A stretch of DNA of 61,475 bases, the filler included, from Choristocarpus tenellus KU-1152 (lineage: Eukaryota > Protista > Phaeophyceae): the NCBI GenBank assembly GCA_964200185.2. It is 12 parts of 12 records of this genome, joined end to end, with 100 filler letters (N's around TTAATTAATTAA, not from the genome) between each part and the next. Parts side by side here need not be neighbours in the genome. Positions count along the whole stretch, not along the records: positions 17,182 to 23,813 come from CAXNAD020007700.1; positions 23,914 to 28,687 come from CAXNAD020013112.1; positions 28,788 to 32,020 come from CAXNAD020021363.1; positions 32,121 to 35,777 come from CAXNAD020018682.1; positions 35,878 to 44,319 come from CAXNAD020004705.1; 7 more parts are not named here. The stretch is one strand, 5' to 3'. The stretch's first letter is position 1; every line of letters begins with the position of its first letter. The notes below the pieces were generated by a model that worked only from the letters and a program-made list of their open reading frames with translations, was not told where the DNA came from and searched no databases. This document shows positions 23,535-35,900 of this stretch, one piece after another. The translations under genes were made by a program, and so were the position numbers.

Positions 23535-26500
23535 TCCACAAAATGTGTTAGGTGTAGAAGATGGGAATGACACACATATAAATACCTACCTTCACTTCAG
23601 TACGGGACAATGAATAGACTATCTCTACTTACTTCCAAGAAAGAACACATACAATCCTTTGACCAATCGGTGTTTCCGAGAAGAAGAATAAATTAATATA
23701 TATATATTATTATGTGTGAATCGTGTGATTCTGTGGCGGCGTGGTTCACAAGGGTGGCGAAGAGAATCACCGGGCAAGACGGACCAAACGAACAAGGACG
23801 AACCGTGACCGTGNNNNNNNNNNNNNNNNNNNNNNNNNNNNNNNNNNNNNNNNNNNNTTAATTAATTAANNNNNNNNNNNNNNNNNNNNNNNNNNNNNNN
23901 NNNNNNNNNNNNNATGTAGTGTAGAAGGGGGCAAAGGGGGGATCTCCTTCTCGTGCTGCTTACATTGACGGCATTTTTTCCATCCCTCCCTCATCTAAGG
24001 GTAAAAGTAGGTCATGGGTGCCCCCTTATACCATGGACACATAGAGTAGGAGTCCTGGTAGAGTGTCAAGAAGAGCCTCGATAAAGGTCTAAGCAGTGTG
24101 CGCTGTTGAAGGCATTTTTGCCATTCGTCAAGGCGAATGTCCAGTAGGGTACGTTCAACCCCATTTTGGGACTCCAACTCGAAACTGTCCTATTCCATGT
24201 GCCTCAAGTTAGGGGTACCAGTCTGCATACAATGCTGAAGCACATGCCCTTCTAGGCAAAGAGCCACAACGACTGAGCGGCGCTTTTCCTCAATCGCAGA
24301 CTGCCTGAAAGTGTTGTGGAGCTTCTAAAACTAAAGAGGAAAAGGGTCTGGGGAGGTTTGGGCAAGCTCCCATATTTTTTTTTTCCTTCCACCACTTCTT
24401 CCTGACCAACATCTGTTCTGATGGTCGATTGGACATGGCTGGGGTGCATCCCATCAAATTCTGGTGCAGAATTGCTGTTCGCTTGCATGAACGCCATCCA
24501 GAGAGAGGTAAGGGTATAATCCCCCTCATGGGGGCAGTACCATTGTTCCCCAGACCCTGTGTCCGTTGCTAGTCCTTAGCTTCCATTGTTGCTCGCCTGA
24601 GCTTATATGGGTTCCCATTCGGGTGCTTGAGAACCAGTACCCTGAACGTCTTGTCTGTCCCTGGGGCTCTGGGCTATTCTACAGAATGCTCGCTTCCTTG
24701 AAGATACCTCCATGGTGGTGACCGAGTACTGTGGCCTGTTCCTGGCGGGATTTGGGGTCATTTCCTTGGGAGTCCTGGCATCTGCTGGTCCCCTGGGACT
24801 GTTCTAGTAGCCATGTGGTTAAATCCTGGACGTTTCCAGATGCTACATGGGCGATCCGTTCCTCCCTAAAGAACTTTCCATTAATGGCCAGCAAAAGACC
24901 AGAGAAATGGTGGAGGAGTTTTTAGACGCTCTCGCAACTCCTACTGAGGGGGTCTCCCCCTCTCATCGTATGACGGTCACTTCATACATCAGGAGGTCCC
25001 CAGTGTACATAAAAGCAATTTGCATGCGCAGTGCAAAGCCTGTCAGGGGTCTTCTTAACCTTGTTGATATTTGTTTGCTCCAGGACCTCCATCTAGACTT
25101 GGTCAAGGGAAGAAAGCAATACATGAGGTATGAACCCCCCATGGATGGCAGGCGTGAGTATGTGTGGAGGGAAGGGGAGGGAGTGTAGAAAAGGATGCGA
25201 AACTTCTACCCCCTTGCTGAGGGTAGGGTGGGGGGAGATGGGAAGGGGAGAGAGGGAAAAGTTAGAGGAGGTTTCCAGTGAGGAAGGCATTGCGGCTATG
25301 CACTGCCTGGTCACTAACTTTTGCCACTCCTACGAAGTGAGTGTCCAGGAGGTAGTCTTGATCGTGGGAGGGTATGTATACCGCCCCCTCAGGGGTGAAG
25401 TCCTAGCAGGAGGGGGGGGAGTGGTGGGGAGGCCAGGGCAAGGTTCTGGGACTGGTGAGTCAAACAGTGGGATAAAGTCTGACTCCGAGTCAGAGTCAGG
25501 GATGCTGAGGGTGGGTTGGCAGGTGGGGGGAAGGGGTGCCCTGGCCTATGGGGTGAGGTGGGTGCCGTGTAATTTCTGGCCTGGGATGTGGCGTGACGAG
25601 AAACGTTTTTTTTAGTTGAATTTGGGCTGTGGTGGCGCCATTTAATTGAGCAATAAGCTTGATAGGGAGGGGATGGAATCTTTGGTTGTTGAGGGTGGTG
25701 TTGGTTGAAGAGGGTAGGAATGGGTGAGGGTGTTCTGCAGTGAGGGCATGTGAAAGAGTGGCTTGCATCTTCACAGAGGTTGATCATGCGGTGGGGTGGA
25801 GCGAACAACCGCAATGGAGGTTGTGCAAATTACCTTGGGAGGTAATGCTATTTCTCAGTAGTGAAGATAAGAGGGTGAGAAGCCTCACACGACCCCTTTG
25901 CTGAACGTGAAAAATAATGGATGGTTGAAATTAGAAGAGTGACCTTCTTAGGTTGTCTTCTCATTGCTTGTTTTGTTATTATTTGTGTCTCATACATAAA
26001 TCCATGATTATGTCAAAGTAGTTGAATGCAGAATAAATACCAATACATATTACCATATATAATCCGGAAGTACTATCTCATTAGTTACATCACATGGNNN
26101 NNNNNNNCAATTCAACACAATAATCTCATATACACAAAATAAGGTACACCTCACTATTGTCCTATTTTGTAAAGAGGTTGTCCAGATAATCAGGGGGGAG
26201 CGATTGGTAGCAGGAAAGGAATGAAGGGGAAGGGGCTGGGGGTTGAGGGTGTGGGATAGAGAGTGGGCGGAAAGGTGGGTTGGCAAAAGGCAGAGAAGAT
26301 GATCGCGTGTGGATGAATTGGAGGAATGTCCTCGGGCCCCACACTCCTCTCCATTGTATTGTAAAAGAATTGAGGGGGGACCAGGGCGTAGCAGGTGGGG
26401 CACAGGATGGTATTTGGGGAGAGAGGTTGCGAAGGTAAAGGGTGGAAGCACAGCCCAGGTCGAGGGGGTATGGAAAGGTCGAGGGGAATACCGATAATTC

Positions 26501-28623
26501 CAACTGGGACTTACAGATGGGGCAAGATTCCGGTGTCAGGTGGCATAGCTGCTGTGGTGGGTACGAGCTAGGGTCCCCAGTGGGAGAGGCTGGCCGCCAG
26601 GTCCCAACAATACTTAATTACGCGGGTTCTCCTGTCTCCTCTCCATCCTGATTGGAGGGGAGAGACCTACTCCCCACAAAACATCACTATCCCGTGTACC
26701 CTGTCCAACTACTCTTGCAGTAACCCCCCGTGTCCTGTATCATTGTAAAATCATTCTCTCTCGCCTGTCCCGTTTATTGTCGTCGCCCTCCTCCACCACA
26801 GCTCCATCACCCTATGATTTCATCGTTTCCCACAGTATCTCGGCAATTGGACAGCACGGTATGGAGGCTTCACTGTTTCCACAATATTTCACTTGATGCT
26901 GACACCAACGTCTACCCAGCAAAGGTGACCCATCATGCAAATAAGTGTGACCTATTTGACACAGCGACTACTCTCATAAGCTGTCTCTCATCGACCAGTG
27001 ATGCCTTTTTCACCTTGTCTTTGTCAACGGTATCCTGGACTCAATCACGTCCTTGTGTTCCTGGTTGTGAAACTGGTTGATGCGGGTAATGAGCCCGGAT
27101 GTGCCATCCTTAGAGTTGTGAGTGAGGAGATGCCTAAACTCTATTCGTTTCCCGTTTTGATGGCCAAGATGACCCAACTCGAGTTCCTCGTGGTTCCCCT
27201 AGAGGGGTTAACCTTTGGAAGAATATTTCCACGCCAATGATCTCCTGGAAGACTTCCCCGACTACATGGCCTCAATAACTATCGAAATCACCATGCTGTT
27301 CCTTGAACCAACTTTATTGGGGATTTAAGGTGGTCTTTCTGACCCTGCTGTTGTGCTGCCAATCTCAAAAGATTCTGCACTCTCAATGTTCTAGGGAGCA
27401 TTTAAGGAGTCATCCTGGGACAAAGAGGCAACCTCTTCCTCTTCTTCATCAATTCCCTCTTCCTCAACCCTTGATATATCGCTTTCCACCTACATTGCTC
27501 GGACCCAAAAAAGGAAGAAGAAAGACACCTAATACATCTATTTCTAATAACTATCTAACTGTACTGTTCAGTTTTCATGTTCCAACAGTGAGGCAAAGTA
27601 TACGAGAGGCACCCAGTTTTGGCCGCCTAAATTATCTGCCGGTTTTAAATCCTTTGCAATTCACCCATCTTTCTATAAATGAAGTTCTAAGTTTGACTTG
27701 AGAGGGCTTATATCTCTGTTGTTTCAAACATTTGGACATTCAGAAAATGTCCTACACACATTTGTTAAAAAGGTCAAGTTTTGCACATATTTGCTGACAT
27801 CCTTACAACTCAGACCTCTCATTTATATTGACTCTCATGTGCTCTATGCTCCTCCTCTGCAATGTCTAGAACTTCTAACTCTACCTGCCTATAAATAAAT
27901 GGTATCATGCTCATTCTCTGGAATCTTGTCAGGATTCTAGTTCTGGGACAAGCAGGTAGGACCTGCTTCCACTTCAACCCTCTGGGTTGCCTGTTCTCAT
28001 CTTCAGACTACTGGGCAATATTCCTCCCTGTACCAAAGTGGTTAACAAAATCAGGTAACATCGCCCTTGCACACTGGCATGGACATTTCTCGCTTCCATC
28101 TCTCAGGGTTGTTGGCTTTGATGGCATTGCAGGTTTGCACAGTTTTCTCCAACTCCACTAATAAATCATAGATAGTCGCACTACTTCGTATTGCTAGTAG
28201 ACTTCTCCACTTTGTCTATGCCCAATGCTTGGAAGTAACGGGTGTGAGGGCACTTAGGAGTAGCTCCTCCAATATACCGACAAATTTGAGCTCATTAGCG
28301 TCAAAAAGTATTTTTCCCTTAAGAAGATGTGCTGGTTTCCACCAGGGCATCTTAAGATCAATGCAGAGGAGTGGAGTGTGTAACCCGTGTATTGTTCAAG
28401 ATGCACTGAACGCTGAAGTCTGCTGTCTCTAGGCAACCTCACAACGCCCATAATTGGAGGTATTTGCCAAGTGAAGCAATTTTTCTTTCAAGAGCGAAAA
28501 AGATTCTTCGAAGTACCTTGTAGTGGCAAATTGTTGCGTTATTTTCAGCCTAAATATCCTAGATGAAGGTGCCATTAATCACAAGGGACGTCTGCGATTG
28601 CCTTCTGAGTTTATGTTATGTTT

Positions 28624-28687
28624 GGGTCAAAGTATCTGGGAAGGGGGGGTGGTTTCGCTCAAACAACCTTTTTTTTTGCTGACATTT
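28624..28687. mobile_element. MITE family A terminus at contig end
   Basis: GGGTCAAAGTATCTGGGAAGGGGGGGTGG. Confidence 0.75.
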
Positions 28688-28787
28688 NNNNNNNNNNNNN
28701 NNNNNNNNNNNNNNNNNNNNNNNNNNNNNNNTTAATTAATTAANNNNNNNNNNNNNNNNNNNNNNNNNNNNNNNNNNNNNNNNNNNN

Positions 28788-29000
28788 GTTAGTGGTGGGG
28801 GGGGGGGGGGGCTTGGGGGGCGGGGTGGGGGTGGGTTGGTGTTTGAGGGCTGTACATTTGGGGCCAATTTTTTCATGTCACGATTTTTGTGTGATTTGGT
28901 TGCATACGTTGGGTGGATAATGTAAGTGCATTTTTCCTGGCTATGGTCCAAATGGACATCCTGGTGTAACCCCCCCACCCACCCCCAGATACTCTGGGTC
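28788..29000. mobile_element. MITE family A, near-complete copy at contig start
   Basis: Family A internal sequence in reverse orientation, ending in CCCCCAGATACTCTGGGTC. Confidence 0.85.
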
Positions 29001-30343
29001 ATACGTTAGCTTTACCACTTCATTACTTTCATCTACATGGTTGGGGTGATATCCTCTTCACAAGCCTCTGTAGCCAAATTGTAACTACCATGCAATGAAC
29101 TGCATGAGGGGTTGCAACTCAACAGGACAATAGATCAAGTTGACCAGTGGTATTTCACTCATGGACTACTACTGCTTCACATATTTCTGCATCCTCCAGA
29201 TACTCTGGAGCACTCTATGTCGCCTCTTTTTCGAAGTTGAGGCAATCTTTCCTTGTGGCATCCACCAAAATGTACCATACCACATACCCTAACAACAAAA
29301 AACGCGTTCAAATTAAAAGGGAGTCTAGATCAAGGCTTGAACCTAGAGGGTGAAAACGGGCGACTTCAAGGAACAGTTAATTGTTATCATGCAGAGGCGT
29401 ACACATAATAATGTACTACTTGGTACAAATCACACCATACACCTCGAATTATAGCGCACACCCATAAAGTTTCATCGAAAGAGGTGAGTGCATGCAAAAC
29501 AAGGCGTTTAGTTACTTTGTCACCCAAGTAATGAGAGAATGAGAGTCACGACATTTTCTTGTAAGCAGTGAATGCTGAGTCAACAGGATTCCAGAGATAC
29601 ATTGATGCTGAGGCACATCAAATCTCCCTGATTCCTCGTAATGAGCTTGCCTGTACTTACTCTAAGTGGCGAAAAGACCAACGCGGTAATTGTGCAAGTC
29701 TTTTTGTCTATTTGTAATTTGAGTATGATGTGTTGTGGCTAATCCTTCCAAGCAACATAGCTCCAAAAAACATGACAGATGTGAGATTTCGGATGGGAGA
29801 AGTCTTTGGAAGAGTTTTTGGGAAAGGATGTAGACAAGAAAGGGGAAATAGAACTAACTTGGAGTACTGCAAAAGAAAAGATGGACCATCCATCTCAACA
29901 CTCCAGCAATAGGCAGGACTGGGAGGCCAGATACCAGAGCACCCTCTCCCCACACACTGAACTTCCCACCCAATTACTAACCCCAAGCTTACAAGAGAGT
30001 AATAAGTTAAAGCTTCGGTTTTGATGGGTGCCATCATGATAAATAGTGGAGGAATGGAAGCGTGTGGTGGGTAAGTAATGATTCAATTGTGATTGCACTT
30101 CCTGTGGTAGATTTTGCACCAAAGACAACTTCAAAGTGGGAAACTGAAGCAGATGGAGAGCAGTACAATAGAGGAAGAGAAAGGGAAAAGATAATCCTGA
30201 AGATCTCTGAAGTTTCATCAGAAGAGGCAATGGGCTACTTGTTCTGCCCTGTTGCTAAACAGTACTGAATTCCCCGCCTGAACTTGCAAACAACAGGCGC
30301 TTTATCTGCAGCATTTACAAAACCACTACTCTTACAATCTCAC

Positions 30344-30843
30344 CTAGGTTCATCATGCAGGTCAAAAAAGAGATGATTTTGACCGCCTTTCCAGGTTGGT
30401 GTTGACAAGACACACAGATTTGGTACTGGTAGCTCAGGCCTTGTACGAGGAACAGGGAAAACAATGACGCATGCCTCCTCAGGAGTCTCAGCCAAGATGC
30501 CTCTTTTGTCTGCAATTTCACGGAAGAATACGTCGGCTTCAAAGGTGCCCAGTACATTGTCATTCTTGAATGGGCCGGATATCAGCACGCTACTGGGCAG
30601 GTTGGAGCACCAAGCATCCGCTACATAAATAGAGAAGGACCCATTGCCACTAACGTCCATACAACGTCCATGGTCGAAGCATGGAGCGGACAAAGGCGCT
30701 CTACAGTATACTTCAGATCCAGAATGAACAGCGTTGCATTCCCAGGGAGTTTCATAACTTATGTTTCGTCTTTCTTCAGCAAGTACCCGCAATACCACAA
30801 AGAAGATGACTCCGATGTGCTTGTGAACGTACCGAAGTTGCAT
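30344..30843 (-). CDS. Exostosin-like glycosyltransferase (GT47), N-terminal exon (partial)
   Basis: MQLRYVHKHIGVIFFVVLRVLA (signal/anchor-like) is followed by PCFDHGRC..FSIYV..AETPEEACVIV..PTWKGGQNHLFFDL, matching the EXT motifs CFD..RC..F.VYVY, DP..AC and WN.GRNHL.FN. Donor AG|GTGAGA at 30343. The start codon is uncertain (the ORF is open to 30963). Confidence 0.78.
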
Positions 30844-31985
30844 GTATGCAATTCCGTTGTTCGCACACCAATGCAAGACCCTGTCCAGTTGATCACAGAG
30901 GTATGCATGAAAAGATCCGTGAGTGGAATATCTGCTTAACACGGGCAGAGAAGGCATCTTCATATCACTACAATGAATGCAAGAGGAGTTAAATCCGGAG
31001 CACCTTTCCCCTTTTCTTGATCAGGGAATAGGATCTGATAGATACTGTAAGCATATCATTAATACATGCTACTCCGAACTGAAAAATTTTCCAGAGTACT
31101 ACTTCTGTCCAATATTGAAGGGGACGACTAGATGGTGTATCTTCTGCTGCACGAAAAAATCTTGCCGTTTTTTGCTTTGCTTGAGGGTAAATTTGTCTGA
31201 GCAGGGAACAGTAAAGATACTTTAGTACAAGACTGGTCCAGCATGGATCAACGAACCAGACAGAGGCCTAAATTCAATATGCTGGTGAGAGGCCTCCCAA
31301 TCATCTGTGGGGTTCACCTCCTGGTGAAGATGATATGTAGCTTAGACAGCAAAGAAAAAAATTCCGAAAGTGCATGTAGGTAAACTGTTGTAACTCAGCT
31401 GCTCAATGGCAACAACATGGAAGCTCTGATGAAGGGTAAGAACAGTACAAAAGCAGTCACAACTCTGTGGGGGCATTCGAGAGTGCCAGTGGATGAGGTC
31501 ATCAAACATGCAGAGTCGGGTACAATGGGTGGAATTGACAGACATGAGGAAATCAAGTTTTGATCAGCTTTGAGCAAACTTCATGATCCTGAGAATTGCA
31601 CTGCCCTGCTTGCTGAGGCTATGCATAGAGACTCTCGCAATCTGTTCCTTATTGCAACCTCAGGAAATATTCTCTGATATCCTATTGACCGATTTCAAGT
31701 CTCTACTCAATGACAACTAAAACCAATTGAGATAATCATAGGCAATGTGATAGTTAGACAAATCAAGTCACCAGCAGCTCAAGGAGCCACCATTACTTTA
31801 AAACGACTGGACTATATTGCCAACAAGGAGCTCTTGCTTATAGAGAATGAAATGGTGCAAGATGTACGATGACAAGGAACCTTCCCTCCAAATAGCCCCC
31901 TCAGGTCCCACCTCTAGTTCTAATATTCTTGGCAATCCAAACCGTCTCTCAAGATATCGGACAGTAGAAATTATCAGTGTGTATT

Positions 31986-32020
31986 GGGTCAAAGTATCTG
32001 GGGGGGGGTGGTTTGTGAGG
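31986..32020. mobile_element. MITE family A terminus at contig end
   Basis: GGGTCAAAGTATCTGGGGGGGGG. Confidence 0.75.
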
Positions 32021-32120
32021 NNNNNNNNNNNNNNNNNNNNNNNNNNNNNNNNNNNNNNNNNNNNTTAATTAATTAANNNNNNNNNNNNNNNNNNNNNNNN
32101 NNNNNNNNNNNNNNNNNNNN

Positions 32121-33060
32121 ATTAAAGCGCCATAAAAGCCGCGGGTCCAGTGTGGGATAGTTCAACATCTCTCGGGTCTTGGTCAGCCCCCTGGTACGGG
32201 ATTCTGTCATCCCAGGGTCCGTACGAGGACCAGTCGTACCTTGGTTACCACCTCGGTCGGCCTTTTGATGGGTCCTTGTGGTCAGAGCACTTCCAGGTTC
32301 TCCGCGATCCGCTACTTATCGTTGGAGAGAGAAGTAGCGCGAACGAGCAGCTTGTTGGATCTTAGCTCTCGTATGCTCACTCTTATGATGTTGTTGGAGG
32401 TAGTGTTTGGTGATCTGGTAATCATCATCCAAACAATCTAGGATCGTGATTTGTAGTGCCTGTTCGGACATCACATGCTCCATCATTGCCATCTGGCCAA
32501 CCCAGTCCAGCATCGTCGTAAATGTGATTTGGGGGTCTGAACCCCGTAGCATCTTGACTGTCATTACTATGCAAAAGAGAGCTACTCAAGTAGAGTGTTT
32601 ACATTATGGTGTATGGATGTATTTATTAGCGGAGTGAGCACTATCCTCAAGGTGGGTGGTGGTGGTCTCCCTTGTTATCTAATTCATTCGTCATCAAACA
32701 CGTCAGAAATATGTTTAAACATGTTTGTGACAGTTACACTACGTCAGTCACTTATAAGTTCAAGTTACACTACGTCAGTCTCTTATAAGTTCAAGATACA
32801 TTACTTCATTCACTTTTACACTAAAAACCATATAGACTACTAGTCTATATTGCACAATCACCTTCTTTTGGAGCCTTGCTATTTCCTCGTCTGAATGGAT
32901 TAGGAATGTTCCCATAGTTGTTGCCAAGCCCCTGACGGTGACACGCTGCATTGCGGACAATGCATCTGTAGAACCCACTGGCACTTCTCAGCAGTACGGC
33001 ATATGCCTTTCTGGCCTTGGTGGCCTCATCTTCATCAACATCTTCCCCATTGATGAAATC
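32121..33060 (-). mobile_element. Degenerate Ty1/Copia gag fragment
   Basis: DEDEATKARKAYAVLL... followed by EQALQITILDCLDDDYQITKHYL resembles a Copia gag (UBN2-like) domain. A homologous copy at 53069-53300 is followed by a zinc-knuckle remnant and Copia RT. Confidence 0.6.
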
Positions 33061-33063
33061 TAT

Positions 33064-33220
33064 GAGTCAAAGGATCTTAGAGGGTAGAGCGGTATCCGTT
33101 TGGGGACCAAAATCCAATGTTGCGATTTTGAAATAATTTTGGCGATCGTGTTTGTTAGGATGTGTCCATATCCTTCTTCCACATACACCTTTACATAACG
33201 TCAACATATTACCTACTACC
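33064..33220. mobile_element. MITE family B, truncated copy
   Basis: GAGTCAAAGGATCTTAGAGGGTAGAGCGG..TTTGGGGACCAAAATCCAAT, homologous to the start of 60681-60938. Confidence 0.75.
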
Positions 33221-33383
33221 TGTTGTTGTTCCTCGTAGTATAAATTAGACCACAGTCATGTGTTACACAATTTATACGGAATCGGATTAGACCTTTGAAG
33301 TGGGAACATGTGCACTTTACTGCAATCCAGCCTGTCTGTTAATGATATCTGAAACTCCATAGACTACCGTATTCCGAGGTGTA

Positions 33384-35440
33384 GTCGGTATCTCTTTATA
33401 AGAGAGGGTAGGGGCAAACGAAAAATCCCTCTCTTAAATCCCGATCCTCTCTTATTTGTATATAAGAGCTCTTTTCTCTTAAACCGAGGGATCGTGGTAA
33501 GAGAAACCTATGTTATATCAAGCAACAGTGCTAGTAGACACTATATACTTGTACCTGAACGATGACAGAGCGACGCCCTTTCTATATGTGCTTCCCATGT
33601 GCCTTTAAGAGTAGCTATATGTAGATATGTATTGAACATTGTCCTCGGTGAGCCCATTTCGATGAAACTGTGGTGGTGCAGCAAGTACCACATTGACACC
33701 ACCCCTGCAGAGTCTACCAGTGTCGTATGTACATAGTACTGTAACTTTCCTAAATTTCACTCATTACGGTTTATTCACTCATAATGTATAGTACACCTTC
33801 CCAAGAAAAGCATCCGCAAGCCGTTGGATGGCTGGACAGATGTATCAAATCAACGTTCAAAGCTAATCTCCCTCCGATGCCCTGCCCTACATATTCAATT
33901 GCACTCTCTACAAGGATATTATATAGGCAGTATAAAAAACGCCACCGTGGATCAAATGCAGATGCATCGCCATGGACCCTCCATCGCATGCACTGAGTGA
34001 AACAACTTATTTGCTCATAAAAAAGTCGCGACTGTAAAAAAAATAGTGGATATCTGCTTGTTTGATTGCCCTGGCCTTGATTGCACTAAGTCAAGTCAGC
34101 TTTGCTTTCTGGAGATATACTAGTACGAAACATTGTTCATGCTGCTCTCATCGGCGGTTGTTTCTAAGCTTGCAAACTCGTGAGCTACTTGAGAGTATGG
34201 CGGTGGAGGAATCGAGAATACCGAAGAGGCTGCTCCTTTCCTCACAGTCCCCGATACGTTGCCCCCTCCCAAAAACCCACCGTCATCCTCGTCACCCGAG
34301 CTTTCATTGTCTGACTGGTACAAGGATTCCTCGAGCAGCTGGTCTTTCATGTCCTCTAGTATCGCATTGGCCACTTCATCGTTGTTCCACACCGATCCAC
34401 GCTCTCGCTGTGTTGATGGAACCTTGAGATGGTTTTCCATCGGGTTTGAGGTGCAGACCCAAAGTATCTATGGGGGGGGGGAAGGGTCTGCACCAGGGTG
34501 TCCATTTGGCCCATAACCAGGAAAGGTGCACTTACATTATCCATCCGACGTATGAAACCGAATCATCTAAAAATTGCAAGATGAAAAAATTGGCACCAAC
34601 TGGACAGCCACCACCCCCTCCCAGATACTTTGAGCCTGCAGAGCATCAAGAGCATCGGAGAGGTCCTCATCAATATATAGGGACACCTTGTGGGACGTAC
34701 CTCTACGAGCAAAATGGTCCCCCATGATACTACAGTACATAGTACAGACATAACAGTACGATAGAAACAAGCGCAAAATTTCAAAAAAATCAATCATGAT
34801 CCTCATCAGTACCCAGTACAGAAAGACAACTAAATCGCGATTACAATCAACCTAATTTCGGAATTTCAATCCACGCACTGACACACCTCGACATGTTTGA
34901 CACCCCTCGTAGACTTGGCATCAGGCTTCAGTGTCTGCACTTTCTCTATGATGGTTGTTGCCTCCTTCAACTCGTAGAGGGTGCTGTGACCGACTCCAAA
35001 CTTTTGAGCAACCGCAGTTCCCGTCATGGTCTTCAGGAGTGTCAACGCTTCCATCTTCTCTGCAAAGCTCAATCGTTTACGATTTTCAGCACCGTGAGGC
35101 TTGCAGTACACGACTTTTTCTCCGTATATTTGTTTGGTCGCACCTTCCCCTTGCCCTTGTTCTTCTTATTGTGGCGCTTCAAAGCCGTGTTGTCACTGGC
35201 TGGAGGCTCGAAGTCTTGCACTTGGCAGGGCTCACGCACAATTTGCGCACGCGTTTCATTTCGCTGCAAATGCCATGGAGATAGCCACTACAAACGCGAC
35301 ACGTATAGTGTGGCGGATCAGGAGTATTAATTACCCTATGTTTCAGCGGGATCCCGCTGTGCAGGGCATCGTTACATCTGTACAATGCAGTCGTCTAAAC
35401 TTGATGTGATATACTGTATGTAATGTATTGTGCAGTACTG
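33384..35440 (-). mobile_element. Internally deleted pogo/Tigger-like DNA transposon (CENP-B-type HTH and C-terminus; DDE domain not seen)
   Basis: RKRLSFAEKMEALTLL..AVAQKFGVGHSTLYELK (35111-34885) is a CENP-B/psq-type HTH. An acidic C-terminus with PPPPYSQVAHEFASLE lies at 34440-34120. A terminal region with repeated ATAAGAG/CTCTCTTA motifs (33384-33740) recurs at about 43527-43900. Frameshifted and interrupted by MITE A. Confidence 0.72.
34456..34636. mobile_element. MITE family A (Sola-like), complete copy
   Basis: GACCCAAAGTATCT...AGATACTTTGAGCC with perfect 4-bp TSD TGCA; inserted in the pogo remnant. Confidence 0.9.
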
Positions 35441-35654
35441 AGAGAAAAAGACTGCTACACTTGTGTCCTGCTGGTCTCAAGTAGTTTTGTGCATTTGTTA
35501 TATTTTGCTTATCTTAGACATAGTAACCCCTCAACGAAGTGGTGAAAAAAAATGCGAATCTGTTTTGCTCATCTGGATTATTATTTTATTCTATGTTTGC
35601 ATTCCACCCCTCATTCCCCTCCTCCCCATTGTACCACCAGTTGTGAGTATCTAG

Positions 35655-35777
35655 TGCGAACCCCTTTGCCACTAATTTTCCGTCACCTCCCCCCCCCTGT
35701 GATGGTCAACCAATGCGAACCCCTTTCGCAATTGATTTCAAGTCACCCCCCACCTCTGATGACCAACCAGTGTGAAC
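35655..35777. repeat. About 57-bp tandem repeat running into the contig end
   Basis: TGCGAACCCCTTT...TCACC-C-run-TGATG..CAACCA occurs twice plus the start of a third unit. Confidence 0.75.
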
Positions 35778-35877
35778 NNNNNNNNNNNNNNNNNNNNNNN
35801 NNNNNNNNNNNNNNNNNNNNNTTAATTAATTAANNNNNNNNNNNNNNNNNNNNNNNNNNNNNNNNNNNNNNNNNNNN

Positions 35878-35900
35878 TCCCCCCCCAGATACTTTGAGCC
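35878..35900. mobile_element. MITE family A terminus at contig start
   Basis: CCCCCCCAGATACTTTGAGCC. Confidence 0.75.

Noticed and set aside
35655-35777. CTGATGA...GAA in a tandem repeat as a possible hammerhead ribozyme
   Set aside because: Stem II and the GAAA core are missing, and the other unit does not keep CTGATGA.
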